Assembly (NCBI GenBank): GCA_030390025.1
Contig: CM059432.1
Coordinates: forward strand, 97,342,001 to 97,406,000
DNA length: 64,000 nucleotides
Direction of reading: 5' to 3'
From: Squalus acanthias
Lineage: Eukaryota
A program made the translations under genes and the position numbers. The stretch's first letter is position 1. The number at the start of each line of letters is the position of its first letter. Below are positions 11,512 through 22,109 of the stretch, piece by piece. Under the pieces are notes generated by a model, which ran no database searches, had not been told where the DNA came from, and saw nothing but the letters and a program-made list of their open reading frames with translations.

Positions 11512-12618
11512 CGACCACCACTCCCCAGGACAGCCAAGTGAAGCCTCACCGTACTCTCTGGAGTATCGCCAATCAGGCCCTTCGGTACTAGGATGGAGGG
11601 AATAGTGCTACTAGGGATCTTCTCTCCCTCCAAAAGTACCCCAAACACCTGCCTTTGTAAGTCTCAATCTCAGCCAATGTTGACAAAATTTCTGCCAATT
11701 TAAGTGGCTTCTCCGCCTCTTCTGGTCCTGCAGCGGTAGGACCACTGCAGCATCACATGAATTTTCCTCCATCTTGGTGACTTGAATCCTGCCTGACATG
11801 CATGTTAAGTGACCTTCGATCCAGGAACTAGAGTCGAGATCACAGCAGGGCCAGAGGGGTGTGCAGATGTACCACCCCACCACTACCCCACCAGAAAGAG
11901 GAACATCCAATACAATGACTCAGATTTTACATTGAGAATCATGGTGAGGCTAACTGCGCTCACCGTTATTATGGAACAAATCGGACAGCAAATTCCGAGT
12001 ACACACATATGCAGTTAAACACGGAAATCTGAAAATTGCGATCTGAGTTACCCTGCTCCTCCACAGACTGCACTATAACAGTATCTCACCGATAGACACG
12101 GCATTGAAATCAATGTAAGGGTGTGATGTTGCGATTCTTACCCACTAGTTACCCACTAAATGCACAGAAACAGTTAGGGCTGGTGCATTAAGGTATAAGT
12201 GAATTTTTAACAGCTTGATAAGTCATAATAACTGCCAAACAACCTCTCTGGTCCTGAAAATTAAGTGTTACAAGTGTGGAGTCTCATTCCTTCAGAATTT
12301 AATTTAGTGTTGGAGATTTAAAAAAAATTAAAATCATTTACTTTTTCTGTCTATCTCTTTTATCTGTCTCTCTTAATCCCATCTTTCATTCCCTCTCTTT
12401 ATTTTGCTTTCTGTACCTGATTTAAATCTAATTTAGACTCTGCGGCCTAGAAATTCGTTAACTCCCGAAAATGGGCGCGGGGATCCACCCATGCCCGTTC
12501 AGAGGAATGCAGGCAGTACGTGAACTTCATGCTGCCTGTTCATTTTCAAGATTGTGGCATTCAGCCCAGAACTGAACGTACTGCTTAATGGCTGAATGTT
12601 CAGCAGGGGGCCCAAGTT

Positions 12619-14472
12619 AAAACAAAATAGTAAAATATTTTATAGGCACATCAATAAAAAAAGGAAGGTTGGGAATGGGAATAGGACCATTAAGGGATAG
12701 ACAGGACAATACCACAGGTAACAATAGAGAGATGGCAGAAATATTAAATCATTATTTTGCTTCAGTATTTACCAGGGAGATAGAAAAGGTGGACATGACA
12801 TTGGATGATGAGATTAGTAATGAGATAAGTGCATTTAAAATAAAAAAGGGGATATATTAAATAAACTAATCAAACTCAAAGAGGATAAAACCCCATGTCT
12901 GGATGGATTGCATCCACGCAATTTAAAATAATCTAGGGAAGAGATAGCAGAGGCATTACTACGCATACTTAATAATTCATTAGAAAAAGGTGTAGTGCCA
13001 GAGGACTGGCGGATAGCTAACGTAATACCTTTATTAAAGAAGGGGGATCGAACATGTCCGGGGAATTACAGACCAGTCAGCTTAACATTGGTTGTAGGAA
13101 AAATAATGGACTCCCTACTAAAGGAGAAAATAGAAGAACATCTAGAAACCAAAAATATAATAATGAATAGTCAGCATGGATTTCAAAAGGGAAAGTCTTG
13201 CTTGGTCAACCTTATTGAATTTTTTGAAGAGGTAATAGAAAGAGTAGACAATGGTAATGCAGTAGATGTAATTTATCTGGATTTTCAAAAGGCCTTCAAT
13301 AAGGTACTCCATAATAGACTGATGAACAAAGTCAGAGAATGAGGAGTCAGGGGACAAGTAGCAGAATGGATTGCTGGCTGGCTTCAGGACAGAGAGTAGA
13401 GAATAGGAGTAAAGGGTAGCTATTCACAGTGGCAGAAGGTGTGGGAGTGGTGTTCCACAAGGATCAGTGCTGGTACCACTGCTGTTCACGATTTACATTC
13501 ACGATTTAGACATTGGAATCAAAAACATAATTTCTAAATTTGCGAATGACACTAAATTGGGGGGGGATAGTCAATACTGAGGAGGACTGCAACAAATTAC
13601 AGGAGGACATTAATAAACTTACAGAATAGGCATATAATTGGCAAATGAAGTTCAACACAGATAAATGTGAGGTATTACATTTTGGTAGGAAGAATAGGGA
13701 GGTCACTTATCACTTGGAGGGTGTGAGTCTAGGTGGGGTAGAAGAACAAAGGGATCTCTGAATACAAATACACAAATCACTAAAAGTTGCGACACAAGGC
13801 CATAAAAAAAGCAAACCAAGCACTAGGGTTTATTTCTAGAGGAATAGAATTGAAAAGTAGGGAAATTATGCTAAACCAGTTTTGAACCTTGGTTAGACCA
13901 CACTTAGAATACTGCGTACAGTTCTGGTCGCCATATTATTAAAAGGATAAAGAGGCACTGGAGGGGATGCAGAGAAGATTTACAAGGATGATACCAGAAA
14001 TGCGAGGGTATTCATATCAGGGAAGGATGAACAGGCTGGGTCTCTTTTCTCTTGAAAAAAGAAGGCTGAGGGGTGACCTAATAGAGGTCTTTAAAATTAT
14101 GAAAATTTTTGATAGAGTGGATACAGAGAGAATGTTTACACTTGTGAGGAAGAGCATAACTAGAGGCCATCAATATAAGATAGTCACCAAGAAATCCAAT
14201 AGGGAATTCAGAAGAAACTTCTTCACCCAAAGAGTAGTGAGAATGTGGAATTCGCTACCACAGGGAGTGGTTGAAGCGAATAGTATAGATGCATTTAAGA
14301 GGATGCTAGACAAGCATATGAGGGAAAAGGGAATAGAGGGTTATGCTGATAGATTCAGATGAAGACAGACGGGAGAAGGCTCGTGTGGAGCATAAATGCC
14401 AGCATGAACTGGTTGGGCCGAATGGCCTGTTCCTGTGCCATATATCCTATGTAATGTAATCCTATGTAATGT
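12619..14472 (+). mobile_element. 5'-truncated CR1 LINE nested in Harbinger
   Basis: ORF2 fragments 12669-12860, 12995-13342 (NYRPVSLT, QHGF, LDFQKAF) and 13967-14362, a (ATGTA)n-like tail, and TSD AAGTT at 12614-12618 and 14473-14477. Confidence 0.9.
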
Positions 14473-14607
14473 AAGTTTGTGCAAGGCTAACACCACTTAA
14501 AGCTAGTCTGCACTACTTAAAGTTAGCCTGCACCTCTTAAAGGGGAGGTGCATTCTGCCTACAGCAACTCATCGAACTGCATGGGTGTGCAGGAACAACA
14601 ACTTATG

Positions 14608-17600
14608 ATGGCACAACAGGGGAGAGAGCATGCACAAAAGTTCACAAATGCAGCACTGGAGGACTTGGTGCAGGAGGTGGATAGCAGGAGAGAGATCCTG
14701 TTTCCTCAGGGGGCTAGGAAGCCCTCCAGGCAAAATTGCAAATGGCAATGGAAGCAGATAGCCATACCTGTCAATACCAGCAGTGTAGCCCCGAGGAACT
14801 GGCTGTAGTGCAGGAAGAAGTTTAATGACCTCACATGAGTGGTCAAGGTCAGTGAATTCATCTTCAAATGCCATATCCCACCATCTGCAACACTAGCCTC
14901 ACACGCTGCTCAATGCACCACACTCCCATCACTCATCTACTAACAATCTCTATCAAACACGGCTTATACCTCACATTCATAGCTTCACCTCACAACATTA
15001 CCACTGCTGCAACACTCACACCCACATCTCACAGCTTGTACACACTGTCAGCTATTCAAACATGATAGGCACATCACCCAAACATATTGCACCACACTCA
15101 CTGACACACTTCCCTTTCTCTTGCAAAACAAGGTGGCTCACAATCGGAGCCAGCAGGGGCTACCCAAAGGGGCACAGGTGCACCTGCATAATCTTACCCC
15201 ATGGAGGAGACAATGCTGGCCATTCTTGGGAGGGCAATTGCTGAGCACATAGCCAGGGGCAGGGCTGAAGCAATCCAATATGACGGTATCCTCATACCTA
15301 ATTCTCCTTCTCACATCCCACTTCCCCCTCATCCCACAATCTCTTCTGAATTACAAACTACACATGGTGTAAGCATACACCTCTTGCTTTCCCCCCACTC
15401 CCCTCACCACAACCCTACCCCTGTGCCTTTCTCACTTCAGAGACTCAAGAAATCCAACCTACCCAACCAATGATGAAGGAAGAAGTGGAAGAGGAGAGTG
15501 ATGATGAAGAAGAAACACCATCACTCGATCTGACACTGGCAGCCACCAGCTCAGATACTGGCACTGCACGGAGTTTAGAGAGTAGCATAGAGGTGGGATC
15601 TGCACGTGGTGAGTCACTGGGCACAAGTGGGCTGCAGCCAGGGCAGGGGGAAAGGGTAGTGTAGGTGCCAGCTCCCCAGAGGTAGAGGTCGCACACCTAT
15701 TCTGCTACAGAGGACTCAGATGAGGACTTTGATGGGGCAGCCTACAGATGAACGCTGATGTGTATGTACAATTAAATGCTTGGTGCATTGGCAGGCCTGC
15801 CAGAAAGTCCGAGTGCAATATCAAGGAGCATGGAAGAGTTTGGCACCAACCTTGCACAGGGCTTTGCGCAGAGCTTGGAGCCCATGATTTCCAGCATGGA
15901 AGTGATGGCCAACTCCATTAGAGCACTTCTGGTACCAACCATGATGCAGCTTCTGATGGCTGATGTCTCAGCTTCCATTGTAGCACAAACAGAAGCCACC
16001 CAACGTCTGAGTGCGGCAGTGGAAGCTCAGACTTCTGTCGTGCAAGCTCAGACTGCTCCCATGCAAGCTCAGACTCTTGCCATAATTGCTGAATTTACCA
16101 GTGTGGAAAGGGGCTTGTAGGGTATCACAGCAGACCAGCAATCTGTCCTCCAACACAATGGTTAGGAATGCTGAGGCGCTGCCCCGGGGGTGTGGCAGTG
16201 GCTTCGTGGAGCATGAATCTGCTATCCTCTCTCAGGATGACATGAAGGGATAATTACTAGTCCTAGCCCCTTTTGGGCTACCCCGGATCAGGCGTATTCA
16301 CCAGACGTTCACCTTCAACTAAAGTTAGAGGTAGCCGAATCCTAAAGATGCTTAATTGGGTCTAAAGGTCCAGACTATCTCTCCCTAAAGGAAAGGAACA
16401 GCCTGAAGATGTTATCGTCCTCCAGATAGCACTTTTAATAAGTTTAGCTAGACTGTAACCTTCCAGATATTATGAGGGTCCAGAAAACTCCCTCAGCATT
16501 CTGCAACTCCTCACCAAAGAGTGTACAGAGATTGAGTTTGTGAGTTTGATACAGAAGTACTATGTGAGACAATTCTAAAAATATATAGATTTATTAAAGA
16601 ACTGACGTGTAATTACAGTTGGTGATTCAATCGCAACTTTAACAATTCCAAAAACAAAAGCTTACAATTCTTATTATCAGAGATCCTTATTCTCAAATCT
16701 TAACTTCGTTACATTTTTACAGTTCTTAGTCTATTCCAGCATATCCACCAAAATCAAATACAGTACCTTTTTGATCCCTGAGATAGGAAGAGTTGAAGAC
16801 TTACAGAGCTTGCCTCTAAAGCCTGAGAATCGCTTTGCCCCTTTCAGCGAATCTATCTTCCCATTTGAAAGTCCAATTTTTATACCCTTTCTCAGTGGTA
16901 TTTCCTTTGAAGTTTTCTGCTGGTGTAAGCTAATTATCTCTAGTCATTTTTCTGTTGACCCCTTCTATTCTTACAGTTAGTTCAGCTGGTAGCAAGCAGA
17001 CTTGTGTCTCCTAGGTGTTCCAAGTTCAACACAAAATCAATGTGATGGGTGGTGCCTCCCCCACTTGATGCCATTCTTACCAAGGTCTTCTGTTTGTATC
17101 TTTTGCATTTAGAACACCTCAACCGGATGCACCATTGTCTTCTTAGTTACCTCAACTGGTTGCATTAAGAATTATGTCTCCTGTCTTTCAGTTGATGTCA
17201 TTTTTACGAAGGCATATGTTTCTTTATCTTTCTGTGTTTCATTTCAAAGTGTTGGTTTAAGACACCTTTAACTGGGTATGGTATTATGTTCTTTCCAAGG
17301 CTTCAGACTTTCCGGAACCTCTAACCTTCTGTTTCAACGAGGCTATTGTTTCAGTGTCAACAACTTATCTTATCTCAAAAGCCTGTATGCTGTTTACAGC
17401 TTTTGATTGTTGAGGCTTCCAGATTTTCAAACCCAGTTTCTCATGTTTCAAAGGCCAGAATATTTCATAGAATGGTGTATTTTTCTGAATATGGTGTATT
17501 CCCTCACAGACAGCATTCCTGCTCCCATGACTTCAACCCAGCCAGTGCCCTTGCTGTTGCCTCTCAGCCAGCCCAGACTGCTGCTGCCCATGCCGAGGTG

Positions 17601-17783
17601 GTGCAGCCTGCAGCTGGGCCTGCTCAAAGTCATCCTGCAAGGCCATCAGCAGTCTCCCCCACTGAAAGTCAGCATTCTTCCACCAGCCATGCTGCAGCCA
17701 CTGGGGTAGCACTTCGTAGGAGCACTAGGACAGGCAAAGGCACACTGAAGACAGGTGCTAAGGGAATGCACAAGGGTGATTAG
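14608..17783 (+). pseudogene. Harbinger Myb/SANT-like DNA-binding gene, three exons, pseudogenised
   Basis: Exon 1 14608-14847 (MAQQGREHAQKFTNAALEDLVQEV...WKQIA...CRKKFNDL, donor GTCAGT). Exon 2 ~15127-15285 has its acceptor mutated to AA (AG in the copy at 50889). Exon 3 starts at 15441 (acidic, then AQT repeats), is split by an LTR at 16243-17508 and ends ...GMHKGD* at 17783. Several in-frame stops. Confidence 0.75.
16243..17508 (-). mobile_element. Long solo LTR (1266 bp)
   Basis: TG...CA termini with inverted ends (TGAAGGGATA / TATTCCCTCACA) and 4-bp TSD GACA (16239-16242, 17509-17512). Removal restores CAGGATGACAGCATTC as seen at 51833-51848. Minus-strand TATAAAAA at 16877-16884 and AATAAA at 16590-16595. 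Confidence 0.85.
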
Positions 17784-17940
17784 TTGATTTTGTTATGTAA
17801 TATTGGATGGATTGATGTATAATGTTTATTTTGTGGTGGTTTTTATTTCAGCATTGTGGCCAAGAGGACGCTGTGATGGTCAGTAATAGAAGGAATGGTA
17901 AGGTGTGGGACTATTGTTGAATGGGAATTTGGGGTTGCAT

Positions 17941-19098
17941 TCACTGGTACCGCAGTCGGATGAGTCGATCACGGACAGCCCGGGCAGAAAGGGGCTGTCA
18001 GGGTTGCGTCCTCCCTTCCAATTCCTCCTCTTCCACTTCCTCTTCTTCTGCTTCCTCCTCCTCCTCTACCACTTCCGCCTCCTCCTCAGCTGGTCACCGT
18101 ATGCCTGGTGGCAAGGGCTGAGCCCTCATGGTGACGAGGTTGTGGAGCATGCAGCAGACCACAGTGAATCTTGAGACGTGGGCTGATGAGTGCTGCAGGG
18201 CTCCTCCAGAGCAGCCCAGGCAGTGGAAGCGTTGTTCAAGGATGCCAATGGTCTGCTCTATCAGATTCCGTGTGGCAGCATGGTTCTTATTGTACACATG
18301 ATCCCCACATGTGGTTGGGCTGCGGAGCGGAGTGATGAGCCAGGTGGTCAGCGGACAGCCCTTGTCGCTCAGTAGCCATCCTTTGGTTTGTCGTGGTGGC
18401 TCAAAGACTGAGGGAACAGTGGGCTGGGACAGAAGAAAAGCATCATGCCAGGATTCCAGGCATTCACCATCATGACGTGCTGAGCATGGTCGCACACCAA
18501 CTGTACATTCAGCGAGTGATAACGTTTGCGGTTGCAGTACATCTCAACATTTAGATGTGGCACCCACAAAGCCATGTGTGTGCAGTCGATGGTGCCCTGC
18601 ACCACGGGGAAGCCCGCTATCCTGGCAAAGCCACATGCACGCTCTGCCTGCTTCTCTCTGGTCAGAATACAATGAAGTCCCCTCTCCTGGCATAAAGAGT
18701 GTCTGTCACCTCTCTTATGCAGCAGTGGATGGCAAACTGAGAGATATTAAAGATGTTGCCTCCTCCAGCCAGGAAGGATCCCGACACGAGGAAATTCAGG
18801 GCCACGATCACCTTCACAGTCACTGGCAGTGTTATCCTTGCCCTGGTGTGAGGCTGCAGGTCTGTTTGCAAGAGGTGGCAGAGTTCTGTGAGTGCAGACA
18901 CCTCACACACTGCTCCTGGCTCAAGCTGAGGTAAGAGAATTGCTCTTGAAAAAGCCTAGGTGGGTAAGGCCTCCTGCTGAGAGCCCTTCTCCCCCTCCTC
19001 ATCCTCCGTCTGTGAGCAACTTGTCCTCTTCTTCGCTGCATCTGCTCCATCTCCCTGTCATGGTGCAGGCCAAGGGGGATGACAACTAACGCACCCAT
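17941..19098 (-). pseudogene. Harbinger DDE transposase (HARBI1-like), frameshifted
   Basis: Fragments RRPYPPRLFQ, VKVIVALNFLVSGSF...ISQFAIHCCIREVT, GTIDCTH, YHSLNVQLVCDH, HDAFLL, GWLLSDKGCPL and RNLIEQTIGILEQRFHCL...CCMLHN, followed by an acidic tail. Confidence 0.9.
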
Positions 19099-20269
19099 GA
19101 CTGGGAGCAAGTGGTCTGACCAGAATCTTTGAAGTCAGAACCAAGCCCTTCTCCACTTGCAGCACCACTCCCTGTCACCTCACCAACTTTAAACAACTCT
19201 AGAAAGCTCCAAACACTTCCACAAACTTACACAGAACCAATAGAAATTAATCAGCAACTGACCTTAGAGTGGTTGCTGATTCCTTTAAATATCGCTGATA
19301 GGGCGTCCTTGCTGCTACTGAACGCATGTTTAGCTACAGAGGTTAATACAGGGCATTAGCTCCAGCATTGAAGATGAAAATGGCAGCACTGGCATCAAAT
19401 CAGCATTGCACACTGATTAACCTCACAATCTGCCTACTCTACATACTTCTGGTGCACGCTCCCAGCGTCGACGCTAACGCCCTCACCAAGATGGCTTCCA
19501 GTGCGGCATTCACCAGAAGTGTATGCGCGTGGTGCGGATGCCATTTTTGTCACAAAATAGCATCTGTAGTGCTGAAAAATCAGGCGCTACGGAGCCAAAT
19601 TTTTTGCCTTGCGTGTCTCAGTGAGGATTCTTCAATCTGATTGGTTGAAGAGCCTCGCTGTTGCTTGCCTGCTCATAGACACCACAGATCCCCTGTAGAG
19701 AGTGCCGCGCTGGATCAGACGCCCGATGACAGCAAGTTGCAGCAAAAGTCTAGAAAAACCTTTGGGCAGCTTTCAATGTAGTGAATGGCGAGCGCCGTTC
19801 CTTCACTACTAATCACAAATCCAAGTCATCAAGTACTGAACCAGACACAATTTAATTTGCGGTGTAAGCCACTAATAATGGATTGGTTTGTGCCTAAGTT
19901 TTTAACCATTGTCAGCAGCTGTGTGGATTATGCAAGACTCCGCTGGAGTATCAGCATACACTGTAGTGTGCCACGGAGCCCCAATAGTGTTGCAATTTAA
20001 GTTTCTATTATTTTAAGAGGCACAATTGAACAAGCAAACAGGTTTTTAACACAATTTCCCAGCAGAGTCATTATGATAGCTTTCTGGTACAGTTTATCCG
20101 GTGCACTACAGGTAATCCCAGGTTTTATGTCTAAATTTCAAATATTTCCACCCAAGTGATCCGATGAAGCCTCAATTCCCAAACCTAATCAATTGGTTAC
20201 AATGGCGCTAATTCTGATTGCAAGTGGTTGTCAACTATATCCATATCTCATATAAGCGAAGCCAACTGA

Positions 20270-21412
20270 AACAAAAGTAGGAATTTGCATTTCATGTCTT
20301 TAACACATCCCAAAGTGCTTATCTTTTGAAATGCTGGCAATGTTGTTATGTAGGCAAATACAGGAGCGAATTTTCACACAATAAGGTTTCACAAATAGCA
20401 TTGAGATGACGGAGCAGATAATGGTTTGGAATTTCCTGGATTGCATTTACGCTGAAATTATGCAAAAATTTACATTGTTTCTGCTCCAATCTTGCTGAAA
20501 TTTCTTGCGGATCTCATTTTCTGTGCCAGTATGTAAAAATTGGTGTACAACAATCACAAATGCAGTGCCACCAATAGAGGAAATTGTGAAGACTCTGTTG
20601 TCTTCTGCCTTGGCTTCTCACTCTTAGAGCCTCTTACTTCTGCTGCTCCTCTTCCTCTCCCATTATTATGCCAAACAGGGGGACACATGAATTTTACTAC
20701 ATTAAAGGCGCCATATAAATGCAATATGTTGTTGTTGTTGAATGCATTCAATGGGTGTCTGAAATTTTTTGGGTGCACGGAGACTGGCATCACTTTAGTT
20801 AAGTATAGTACAGGTCTCAGTAAGATTTTTTTTTAATTGCAAAGAAATTTGCTATCAAACTTCAAATTTCACGTACACTGATATCAGGTGACTTCAAGCT
20901 TGCACATTATTCACGTGAATCCAGGAAACTCGCATGAGCTTGTCTTTTGAATGGCGGGGTGGTGGGGATTGAGGAGACGAACAGAGCTATGCAAATAAGC
21001 CGCAGAGGGTTTTGGCAGACGTATCTCCGAAGTGGTGTCAACAATCGAGGAAATTCGCGCGTAGCAAGGTCTTATCGTAAAACCAACAGGGATCAGTTTC
21101 CTTGTTAAAAAACGGGGCTACGCCCCTCTTACACCAAGACTATCCAATCTGTTCTGGTGGTGTCATTGAGAGAATGAACTCCCGAAGAACTCCTATGCTC
21201 TGCTTTGAATCATGCCATGGCACCCACCCAAACAGGCAGACGGTGCCTTGTTTTAAAGTGTCATCTGAAAGACAGCAGCTCCAACAATGCAACAATCCCT
21301 CAGTACTGCATTGTGCATCAGCCTGTAAATGTGCTGAAGTCCTGGAGTGAGCCTTAAACCCACAACCTTCTGATGTAAAGGTGAGAAAGCTACCACTGAG
21401 CCCAGCTGAACA
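20270..21412 (-). mobile_element. Old DeuSINE split by a MITE at ~20423-21062
   Basis: SINE head on the minus strand at ~21160-21412 (CCCTCAGTACTGCA...CACAACCTTCTGA...CTACCACTGAGCC) and tail at ~20270-20420. The inner element has inverted ends GAATTTCCTGGATTG / CAATCGAGGAAATTC. Confidence 0.55.
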
Positions 21413-21519
21413 CTTGCATTCCAATGACTGTTTTATTTCACTATATCTACATAATCAAAAATAATCAATGTATTTATCACCAACGGGACAATAATTTGGA
21501 TTCAGAATGACAGAGTATA

Positions 21520-21697
21520 TCCAAAGCTGAGATAGATAGATTTTTGGACTCTAGGGGAATCAAGGGATATGGAGATGGTGGGGAAAGGGGGGTGGGGGGT
21601 GAGTGGAGTTGAGGTTGAAGATCAGCCGTGTTCTAATTGAATGGCAGGCTCGAGGGGCTGTATGGCCTATTCTTGCTCCTAATTCTTATGCTCTTAA
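21520..21697 (+). mobile_element. CR1 3' tail fragment
   Basis: AAAGCTGAGATAGATAGATTTTTGG...GATCAGCC...GGCCTATTCTTGCTCCTAATTCTTATG, similar to the tail at 10625-10785. Confidence 0.75.
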
Positions 21698-22109
21698 GTA
21701 GTTAGCTGGGTTATGTTTAACATAGTATAACTCAGTTTAGAATGACCGTATCACAGACTTAGCTAGGCTACGCTTATAGCATTACAGAAACATGTAATTT
21801 CAAAGATTGCAGTACGTGCTTTGAAAAGTTAGCTCTTTCCCATTTATAAGGTCAAAGCACTTGTGCAATCCTAGTAAGTCTATACTTTAGATTTTACGAA
21901 TTTGCACCCTTGATGCAGAGCTTTGACATGGGAGCACAATTTCATAAAGTGCGCCTTTTTAGAAGACATTAATATAATAACAAATAAAATTTTGATTGGC
22001 AGCAGTTTAACTGCTATATTAGAAGACTTGTGTCTTATTCTCCAATGCACTGGTCTCAGCCTCAAAAGGAGGCTATTTGTCCCTCTTGTAAGCTAATTCA
22101 CACACTTCC

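Larger units (their letters stand above)
12444..19609. mobile_element. Degenerate full-length PIF/Harbinger transposon (Myb-like gene +, HARBI1-like gene -) with nested CR1 and solo LTR
   Basis: Left end GGCCTAGAAATTCG, degenerate right end CAAATTTTTTGCCT (9/14), TSD TGC at 12441-12443 and 19610-19612. The sequence on both sides of the CR1 insert is colinear with the copy at 50210-50310. Confidence 0.75.

Noticed and set aside
17941..19098. Domesticated host HARBI1 gene (also considered at 23194-24430 and 51915-52815)
   Set aside because: The copies are multiple, frameshifted, TIR-flanked and paired with Myb partners, so they are transposon copies; no gene symbol assigned.
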